Shown here piece after piece: positions 53,801-64,000 of a stretch of 64,000 nucleotides of DNA. Both the position numbers and the translations under genes were made by a program. The stretch lies in the NCBI GenBank assembly GCA_973851085.1, contig OZ316776.1, positions 11,532,001-11,596,000 on the forward strand. Reading direction: 5' to 3'. Numbering within the stretch: position 1 is the stretch's first letter; each line of letters begins with the position of its first letter. The notes under the pieces were generated by a model. The model had not been told where the DNA came from. It made no database searches and worked only from the letters and a program-made list of their open reading frames with translations. The DNA is from Ptychomitrium polyphyllum. Lineage: Eukaryota.

Positions 53801-53857
53801 TTGATATTTCTTGGAAAAGAGTTGGCGGAGAGGCCACTTCATCGCCTTGATGACCAT
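50804..53857 (-). CDS. NT-C2 (EEIG1/EHBP1 N-terminal C2) domain protein with conserved plant C-terminal domain of unknown function, ~754 aa, 4 exons
   Basis: Exons 53857-53537, 53349-53194, 52890-52138, 51838-50804 sum to 2265 nt, all phase 0, GT..AG. NT-C2-like N-terminus (KYQVNL..LEGL, VDLKWKGPK, ITWDKDFEHVC, LGTAVLDL). Motifs WRKRKLSFRSP..GEPLL..AYGEEGGDEID, FFASFDQRSE.AAGESACT, IVSWNDHFFVL and LHQRLQIEFHYT are recognisable from a conserved land-plant family. Confidence 0.88.
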
Positions 53858-55485
53858 CCTGGCTGTTTCTAAGAAGCAGCTACCGACGGCTTATAGGATT
53901 TAGCAGCGTCACAAATTGTTTCTTAAAACACTAAAAAACCACCTGCATTAAAGAAATCAATTGTTAAAAAAATTCAGAGACACTAAAATGAAAATTTTCT
54001 AAATCTCTTACCAATCAAGTAACAACAACCTGCAAAACTTCTCGAGACTCGTAGAGAATTCGAAAAACCGACATTGATATCTCGACTATACTCTCGACAA
54101 GAAGAAATGCAATCGTAATTCTGCTCCATGCACCAAAAGTAGTCATTTCGCTTCTAAAGGTGCTAAGCATATCCCCAAAAACCTCAGCAAGAAACCTTCT
54201 AGACGGAACGAGGATGCTAATTTTCCGACTACCCGTACCGTAGCGGCAGTTTCATGCAAAATCAGTCGCAAGCATGCATCCTAACCTAGCGTGTCTCTGT
54301 TTCTTCAATGATAGTAATTGAAGAAGAAATGCACTATTCTTGGTCAGCAAGCTAACTGTTGCATGCTATGCCAAACAACACAAACTCGACACAGCTTTTG
54401 ACCCTACTCCTGGCTAAGCTTCCTCAAAAGTAATATAACCACGTCTTCCTCTACCCACCCAATATTATCCCATCATCAAAGGAATACTCTGTTGCTTCTG
54501 CTGCACAATCAAACCCCCTAACCCAGAAAGCCCGACCACCTTCTTCGCGTTCTGCCCTTCGAACACCTAAGCAAGCGACCGTCACGTGATACGGTAACAT
54601 GTTCTCATACTCTACCACTCTTTGACCAACTCTTTTTCCACATGTTTAATTACAAACTTACTTCTTGATATGTCGACCGAGCAATGTAGAACAAAACCCT
54701 TGGTCCGCGGACTTAAAACCGTCAACCTTCAATAACCTCAACTCCTGCGCTCAAATCCAGCAGCTTCCTCCTCCACAAAAGAGCTCCTTACGGCAGGAAA
54801 GCCGACCAAAAAACCACTACAAAATCCTCAAACATCCAATGCTTCGCCAAGTCCTCTTCTCGCTCACGGCTACCCGAAACACTGCCATAATACTCCCCGC
54901 TCCCACACCAAAGCTCTCCAACCCCAGCCTCCCTCCTAATCTCAAAGAACGCCGATCGTCCCGCCTCTCAGCTCAGCAAGCTCGCTTCCCTTCCGCCTTC
55001 TACCAACAGAGTAAAGGAGAATAGCACATGCACAACCCCCCTGATTCTCTCGGCTCCACTCCTACCTAACGCTCCCTCTCGATACCACAACACAACACCG
55101 AAGTCGTACGACACAACAACCACCACAAAACACCACCAAGCAGCCGTTCTCTTCCGCAAAACAGCCCGAGCGAGCGTTCTCCGATCCAAACTCCGCCTCC
55201 GCCCCCGAGCTTCCTTAAAGCGTTATAACGCACCGCGCATTCCCCTCACCCCCGCCTTTTGACTCCACCCCTTACGCAGACGCAACAAAGGCCAAGGACA
55301 ACACGTCTTTCAGGGAGCCCGCAACGAAGCAGCGCTGCAGCGAAGAATCGGAGCTCTCTCTCGCTCTCTCTCTCTCTCTTGGTGCGCGCGCTCGAAGGGA
55401 AAAGATGAGGAAAAGAGGGTGTTGGCGCTGCGAAGAGACACTTCTTGTCTGGTTCCGTCAACGTTCACGTTGTGGTGCTCTCATG

Positions 55486-55508
55486 GTCGTCGTCGTCGTC
55501 GTCGTCGT
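55486..55508. repeat. (TCG)n trinucleotide repeat near the NT-C2 gene 5' end
   Basis: gtcgtcgtcgtcgtcgtcgtcgt. Confidence 0.9.
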
Positions 55509-55738
55509 AGTCTCTCCCACCATCGCCGAGTGAGTCTGAGTTACAGCGTGCCTTGGCTATATCACCGACTGGCCTCCGCTGTGCCATTTGCCCCTGGTTT
55601 CTGCGCGCGAGACCCTGCAGTAAAACTAAAGCGGACCGCGGGTGGGGTAAAATAAAATCGGATTTTCGGCCACTATGGCCGCTTCCGGTGCCTGCGATTC
55701 CGTAGTGGTCGCGGTACACCCTGCACAGCTCTATTGGT

Positions 55739-55762
55739 GAAAGTGAAAGTGAAAGTGAAAGT
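55739..55762. repeat. (GAAAGT)4 tandem repeat
   Basis: gaaagtgaaagtgaaagtgaaagt. Confidence 0.9.
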
Positions 55763-55836
55763 AGCGCGTAAGTTTGGGAAACGAGGGCACGGGATGGATG
55801 AAGGACAGAAAGAGGTGGATGCTTTTTGACGGACGC

Positions 55837-55900
55837 TGGAGGGATGGAGGGATGGAGGGATGGAGGGATGGAGGGATGGAGGGATGGAGGGATGGAGGGA
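55837..55900. repeat. (TGGAGGGA)8 perfect tandem repeat
   Basis: Eight perfect 8-bp units read directly. Confidence 0.95.
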
Positions 55901-58900
55901 TGGTGGACTGCAGATAACTAGAAAGGAGGTGAGGGATGGCATGGGGACAACGGGCAAGGATATCAATTCTAGATTATAAACATTCTGTATTCATGTAAGT
56001 ATTGTGTATTCATTCGTAGCTATTGAATTCCATATTAACGCGTCAAAGTCTTCACATCTGCCATATTTATTACATAGTGTACAGTAGTAAAACAACCATG
56101 ATCACACCACATCTCTTATGCATACACAGGTGTAACTTTAGAATAAAAAATCTGTTTTTGCAGGAAAACTTTATTTGAAATATAGGTATACACAAATCCT
56201 CACAAGGGGAGTTGTAGACTCGTGGTTTTTATTCATTGAGTTCATCATTTAAATTAAAATGGATGGTCTGAAGGTGGTAGAACTATATGGTTCACTAATT
56301 ACTGTAACAAGGGCATGTGCCTGTTGGTAGGCATAGAAGTATATAAAAGAACAGTATGAGTACCTAGCTATTGCTATAAAACTGAATTTTAGATGAATTT
56401 GGAAGATACAATTCACTTGAAATGAAATAACATGTGACATGTACATTAATGTTATGATAACCTTGTGAATTAAAAGTAGTTATAATTGAGGAAATTTCAT
56501 GATCTAAAATAGATCAAAAAGTTGCTTACATACATTAATATTAATTTTATAAATTTGTATATAAGATGAAATCTAATTTTGGATAAATAATGTTAGTTTT
56601 AGTACCTAGATCCTTACAATAGTAATATAAGATGGATAGTAATAGAGCATAAATGTTGTTAATCAAGATAACCAATAGATAAGATAAATAAAAAAACAAG
56701 AAGAAATGAAATAAAATGATGGTTAAGATTATTGAAGAAAGTGTAATTTGGATGAACATGGTACAATTAAAATATTTATATAATATATACACATATATAC
56801 ACACATATATAAAATTTAACATAATGTATGTTTTTAAAATGTAAAAAAATGGATACAATAATGATTTGAATTGTTATTTAGAAATTATTCAATGCATTGT
56901 AAGGAGTTTCATGCCTTTCATTCCATCAATATTTATTAGATGCCAAAGCTTTGAATATATTCACAAGCAAATACCAATTATAGACTTAAAGCTGGAAGTA
57001 GTAATAAGTATTTAATACGTAGAAGCAAAGAGTGGATTTAGTTCTAATGCTGCAATGTCCAAATGTTATTTACCATTACAATTGCACATTAATTGAAGTG
57101 AAATAAGATTGAAAATCATTTTAATATAGAAAAATAATGAAGTGCAAAAATATGACAATGCATTTGTTATCAAAAGTAATAATAATATAAAGTTTAATTA
57201 CTCATTGGAATATTTTGGCATAATTTGAGCCATTGTTTACTTTTGACTTTATTTGTATAGACAACTATTTACTTTGGTAACTAACCATCAATATTGATGT
57301 GGCTTAAGGAAGTCCATATACTCACTAGATATGGTAATCTAAGAGTATGACATTTAGATTGTGCACCAGGTAAGCAACACCAATTTCAATGCACATGGAT
57401 TTTCTTGAGATTCAAGTCCTTCATCTGAAGGCTTAACTAAAGTTAGATGGCATATTAGGGATTACAATTGAAAATAAAATCTTAATAGCATGCAACAATA
57501 TGTTTATTTTGACGACTGCTTTACATTTCAAACATTTAATCAAGGCTCATATAAAAAAACAAACAAATCATGAGTTGTTGGCAGTACATGGGAAGACCTT
57601 GCAATCTTGCACAAGCTTCAACAAAGAACAATTATTTTAACTATGTTTATTATAGAAAAAAATAGACTTAACCACAAAATAGCTAGGTTTTGTTAGAAGG
57701 ATATCATTTCATATATGGCCAAATAGAGCTAGGTGCATAATTCCTAGGCCAAATTAGAGAGTTTTTTTGGTGCAATAAATGCACGAGGAGCTCAAACATG
57801 TGTAATATATGTGACACATTCTACATTGCTCAATTAATATTGGTGGATTAACATGTATCACCATTTTACATTTCTTGATGTGAAGTGTGTGATCACATTA
57901 GGTCAACTATTAACACCTTATTACCTCAATTGAGGCCTTTATCCATCATAGATTTGGGCTACTATTGATTCTTAGAATTTGTGAAGTCACTTACTATCAT
58001 CCTATATGGAATTGAATAAGTGTAGTGAAAGTGAAACATTTTAACAAGTGGTTGAACTTGTGGTTGAACTTGTGGCTCTACCACAAAATTCTTTAGAGTT
58101 GGAAGCGGATTGTTTTAAACGGAGTTTTCAAACTTCTTAAATGAAGATGAACATCATGTGATTACCTTCGCTTGCAGTAAACAGTTTGCTTGGTGTGAGC
58201 ATCCTTTGTGACCTTTTTACAGAAAACGCACGGATGTTAGTAATTAAGTTAGAGGGGTGTGCTAGAAACCGAATCTGGACCTCAGTCCGAAGATAGGCGC
58301 TAGGCTGGGGGCAAGGCTGGAGCTCCACTTCCTGTGCCACTCCCCATCATCAGCAGCACGTTCATCACAGAACTCGTTACCCCACCCAGCAGCATCAACC
58401 TCAAAAGAAAAGCCTCGCACCCATCTGTTGACTCTATTTGAGTGTTGGTGGAGCCAGCCTCATTGGGCATGCTGACCCGCTAAGTTAGTGTAGTTTAGTC
58501 CAAGTCTGAGGAGAGGGTAGGATATTCATGATCTGTGATGAGAATTTGAGTCCGGAGCCCACAGTTGCTTGAAAGTCGGTGTCCTCGAAGCTTACTATGC
58601 CGTACATTTGTGTCGTATAGTCCAAGCTACAGTACAGTTCCAGGAAATCCATTTTCCTCATTTAGACATCTAGAAGAACCAGTGGGCTTCCCTCCAGACT
58701 CTCTGGCTGTGGTTGCAGCTTTCATGCCCACAAGAGGCCATGCTCTGTCCTGAAATGCTGGGGATCGACATTCAAGACTCCGAACTTGCTCCTCTTGCCG
58801 CTTCTCTTTGCGCCAACTGGTCTGGATCTCGGCCATGGCTGCTGGGCCGAATATTCTTCCCACTCCGGATTCAGCGGAGATTTTATTTCACAACCAAGGG

Positions 58901-61900
58901 AAAACCTCCACCACTGCTTCACCCATCGGGCCCATCATGCCAGTCAGCCTCGCAGTTGGAGCTTGGAAGTATTGACAGTTTGTGCAATCCTGAGGCACCA
59001 GTGTGTCCGCAGCATCTACGACCCAGATGTCGTCAACTATTGAGGCCAAGCTTAATATCTAAGGCCTCTTCACAGGTTTTCCATTTCGGTCCTGCAATGC
59101 ACTTCATGATTCCATGGAGATACCATATTGTCTACAATTTGAATAAATATTCGGAATATATGATTGGTCGAAAAGGAGGTTTCAAAATAAATCTTAGTGT
59201 GGAATTGGACTGCAACTGGAGGTGGGTTTCAAATACCGCAGGGGTCTAAAATCCATTGCCAAGGACCGATCGGTGAGTACCTTGACCTACAAGTGACTGT
59301 ATCCAGAAATCCATAATCAGATCCAAAATCTTTTTTATTCTTTGAAAGGTATCTTTGTATTTAGTAGAGATAATGTCCCTCTTACTAGGGTCTCAAGAAA
59401 GGATAACCTGGTTAGGTAGGGGATAGGGTTGCTAACTCACCTGATGGAGTAAAAATCTCATGAGCAAAATACACCGTTCATGGCTCAGATCTCAGTAATC
59501 CATTTCATAGTTTTGGTCGTCATTCAGGTTTAGGTTTGAATGTGCTTTTTTCTTCTTGGAACCCATGTGAGTTTGTGAAGTACCAAGTTGCAAATCATAC
59601 AGCAATTAAACGGCAAACTTAGGCCCTGAGCTTCGGGACTTCTGGCTCTAAGCTTCACAAGTGTTACCTTGCTTGAAGGATGAGGCTAGTGTAAGTTGAG
59701 TACATTTAACTAGAGAAGGGAAATTTAAGTGGGTTGTGACCCAAGGTTTAAGTGTAAGTCCAATTACGAGGGCCATAGCACACAATGAAAACAATATGGG
59801 AATGTTCATGTGCATACTCACCAAACAATTAAAAGTATAGCATCAAAATTATGAAATTCTAAAGATTGTTGTTTGTACTTTTTTCTTTTGATAGAATAGA
59901 ATCAAGTTTGAGATATCTTAGATTCATAGTAAGTTCCTACATACAAAGTTTAACAACCTTTTGAGGTTATAAGAAATAAGTCTCTATAAATCCTTGATGT
60001 ATAGGATATAGAGTAGATTTTTCATCCACAAATTTTTTTTGGATTAAAGTCTATGTTTTTTTTCATAGATCCAATTAAGGAATATACGATGTTTTAATTA
60101 ATAAAAACCTTACACAAACACATACACAATATTCAACAAGCTTTTCCTTCTTATATATAAAGTAAATATAAAATAACAAGAATAATGTGATTTTTTTAAA
60201 AAAGATTGATGAACATATAAATGAATGATGATGTAATTGTCTTAAATTGTTGCTTGTTTTTTCATTCATGATTGAATTATGGAGTTGGATATGCAATCAT
60301 TGTCATTGATTTGGTATATTAGTTTATTACTGCATGATCATTTAAAAAAGGTACATGCTACATTCCAAACTATACATTATTTTTCTTGAAGATATTATTG
60401 CTATAAACCATATATTTATTCATTTACAATTCTATATATTTAAAAGATGTTTATCTCATTCTACTAGTATTATTCTTTTTAAAAGATTACTTCACTTTAT
60501 GTATGGTTTCAAATAATGCATATATCTGCATTTAGCATGCCTTCATTGTATATTTGCTAATGTTATAAAAAACAATTATGAGTTTTTGAAGAAAATAACA
60601 TAATAAAATATAAGGCTTAAGAATAATTGCCATAAATTCATGCTTAGAAGAGATTTTTGCAATGCATTAAAACCACTTGCTTGTGTTAAGCTTGTTTCTT
60701 AATTCTGTTGAAAATAATTGGACACAAAATCAAGAAGGAGAAACCAACCAATTACAACCACACAAAACTGACAACTTATGTTGCTTCACAATGACCACTC
60801 AGGACCAAATAGTTTTTAAGGCACTAAGGGTTGTTGACTAATTCTTATATTATTCACATCCTACAACTCCAAAATCTTAATATTCACTCCGGCAACAAAT
60901 TGAAATTATTTTATCCCCTCTCCCTTCGCCTATCATCATTTCTCCTCCCAGAATGGCTAATGAAAGATTAAATATAGCCGCTCACCATAAATTTACATCA
61001 CACAGCTGATGTTGCTTATAACCCAAAATGAAAAACTAATGGTCTAGGCCTATCAGGTGACACTGTGCCATGCTGCATAAGGATGTCGCACACTTGCCAA
61101 CAAGTGTTACAGCATATTCTCAGATCCAGTCACATGGGAGAGAACGAAAGAGATGCTAAGCCTCATGGTGCCACTGCTTGCACTTCAAGGCAAATGAGGA
61201 CACCGTTTCAGTATTCAACATGTGGGAATGTGGGACCTTAGTTCTCCATTGACTTTCTAGCTTCCATGGACTTCATAGTCTCCAAAAATCTCATGCTCCA
61301 AGAAAACGGGGCATCCATAAACGTCAGGGCCCTAGAGGTGACAACATGCACCTCATCTGAAAGGAAAACAATCCTATGCACAACATGCATTGTTCATCAC
61401 TTACTCAAAGTTTAGTACATGTATTATGAAAGACTATCATCCTCCTAGAACGATCACAAAGCTACAAGCTGTCATCATTGATACTTTGTTGTTTTTGAAC
61501 ATGCTCATTAACGCTTATAGCATGTCTCATGATCAATTCAATCTGCCCTTCAAATGATGTATTAGATGTTTCAACAATTCTATATTAGCTCTGTCTGTAT
61601 TACAAAAGGTTAGATTTCCAAATTCCATCTTTAAAACAAAGTTTGTAGGTCCATTTTATTCCTCCCTCAAGTCTCATCACTGGTTTGAGTTTAACACTCT
61701 TTCAATTTTATCTATTATACTTCAAGAAGCAAATATATGATTTAAGCAATGATTGATTAGGACAGTGTTGCACTCATAGTTTGTTGAAGGTAGAACAATA
61801 GTTGCAAAATGAACTCTTCTAATTACAATCCAAAACCATGCACACGCAAATGTAAATTGAAGGTGGATTGACGGATGTTTAGTAATCAAGCCAGATTGGA

Positions 61901-63009
61901 TGGATGCAATGTATATCATGTTCATTTGTTTTAAATTCATTTGGTTTGAATTTCATGTTGATTGGTGTTTTGTACCAACTAAGGTTGGAAGGAAGTGTTA
62001 GTTAACAAAGCTTCCTTGATTTGGCATTGAATTGCCAATTTGGATCTTATAAGTGTAATTTTAAAAAGAAAAAACTTGTGCAGGGTTTGATTGGGGATGG
62101 TGGTATAATTATTTGATAAAGTCTTAGATTTCTCTATACAAATGAACTTTTTTGATTCTCCTTTTGTCAAATCTTTAATAATTTGAATTGCATGTTGTGA
62201 TTTTCTTTGTTGTTTCTTGAAGATGTGTTTGTCATACATTCTTATTTGAATTTGTTTGTTACAAGCTAAAGAAAAGTTATGCTATTCAATCTTTTGTATG
62301 TGGCAAAGTTTATTTACATAATAATGTGGATTGAGGGTCAATTATAAATTAATTCGTGTTAAACAGGTCTACCTTTGTGTTCTTTATGTCATCACTAATA
62401 CAATTCAATCTTCCTTATTTCCATCATAAATGTTCCTAAGATAGGGATCCTGGTTACAAATCACAAGAAATACATCACTTGAGAAGTTTAAAATTTCAAT
62501 AAACGAAATGGTGCATGAATTGTATACAAAATTAAAAATTTAAGATTACACTTCAAATGTGAACCACAAAATTATATGGCTTCTTGTATTTAATCTTGTA
62601 ATTATGAATGAACTCTTTTGGTTAAAGATAACAATACTGTGTGCCAGATGTTTTTTTTGAAAGTGTTTAGATTGAACCTATAATCAAGTTTATAATCAAG
62701 TATGTTTATGATCTAAACGGCTTTTAAATATAAAATCAATGGATCGTATTTAAAAATTTAAGGATACAAATTTTAATATTTATCAAAAGTCGACATTTCA
62801 AAAGGTAAGAAATCCTTTCACAAATGGTCAAATTTGAAGGTTCAACTGTTCAATACCAAAAAAGGGATATGAAGTGAAATAATTATATATATAATGCCGT
62901 CCCCCTATTCAAATACATTGAAATCTTGACAAAGAAAAACGATAAGGAATTATTATAATTTATGTCCTTAGTTTTTCCTATTACCTTAAATAAGATGATG
63001 AACATACCA

Positions 63010-63013
<4 letters not shown>

Positions 63014-63043
<30 letters not shown>
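63014..63043. repeat. (AT)n microsatellite
   Basis: About 14-15 AT units. Confidence 0.9.
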
Positions 63044-63050
<7 letters not shown>

Positions 63051-64000
63051 TATACAAATAAAATACATATATACATATAAACATTTAATATCAATATGTG
63101 CTGATTAGAAAATTTCTTTGTTCCACAAAGAATTGTGTTTGCGTCAGCTTTGTCATCTTCCTCAAAACATCAAACTCAAAGCTCAAAACTAAGAGCATCA
63201 GACTCAAAGCTCAAAATGAAATTGCATACTGAAATTGGAACAGGAATGGCATCCCGGAGGCTATGCATCTCTGCTTTGACTTCCCTCTCACACTACCCAC
63301 GCTTCTTAAAACTTTGTCACAACCGTGTGAAAATGTGATGCAACACTCTTCTCCACCATGTGAGATTAACTAATTATATGCAAATCTTGGGTGCATAATA
63401 TGATAATGGTTAAAACTGATGCGGTCATGGTTTCATGGTTAGAAGTACTAAGATCCCGTGTTTCTTTTCCTTTTCACTTTTTATGTTTTCAATAAATAGG
63501 TTCTGGAACGCCAAGCAAATGCACCAAGTTTTAAACCTCCATGTTTCCTTTGTTCTTCACAAGTCCTCTCAAAATGATCCTAAACTTTATAGTACATTTT
63601 TCTTGCATTTCCACTTGGTTTTATTGCATTTATTTTTGTCTTTCTATTTTGTATATTATTGAATCTCAAGTACCTATGCTTGTGGTTAAGGATACATTTG
63701 TTTGTATTGGCTCTCAATAAGAACTTTGGCACACTATATTCTTTCATTAGATGATCTTGCACCACTCTTGTATCTTATAGAAAACGTCTTGTAAAGTTTA
63801 GCACTTAGAAAAAAAGGTCAAACATTGTCTACTACTCTTGATTATGAGGAGAATCATCAAACCAAAAATGCATTGTCTTCTTTTCTAAGCTGAGAGAGGC
63901 GAGCATGCAATCTGGGCAATTGACTCTCAATGGAGACCAAGGCATCCTTCTTTGCAACTTGTAGAAAAAATCAAAGCAGCGTGTTTCAACTTGGAAACTT

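Noticed and set aside
1..64000. Conserved plant miRNA hairpins (miR156/160/166/319/390 etc.), snRNA/snoRNA, rRNA
   Set aside because: No match noticed by eye. This is not exhaustive; an Infernal/Rfam and miRBase scan would be needed to exclude them.

Overview
Eukaryotic land-plant nuclear DNA. Gene structure, AT-rich intergenic tracts and the retroelement family suggest a moss such as Physcomitrium; this is an inference, not verified. I reconstructed six protein-coding genes by hand. Five are spliced at GT..AG junctions on the minus strand and their exon lengths sum in frame: a GOS1-type Golgi Qb-SNARE, a PIRL-type LRR protein, a J-domain/DUF3752 (GPALPP1-like) protein, a plant-type glutaminyl cyclase, and an NT-C2 protein of unknown function. 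The sixth is an intronless Gly/Tyr-rich gene on the plus strand with an ASR/ABA-WDS-like C-terminus and ABRE motifs upstream. Positions ~30.8-40.0 kb hold a nested stack of decayed Ty3/Gypsy chromovirus elements: an old host LTR, a full-length element, a solo LTR and a gag-only deletion derivative. Best leads: (1) a possible hidden papain-fold Cys protease/deubiquitinase domain in the NT-C2 protein; (2) tRNA-independent, Tf1-like self-priming signatures in two LTR families; (3) heat-shock-element-rich LTRs; (4) an ASR-like protein with an unusual repeat domain. No rRNA, tRNA or CRISPR array was found.
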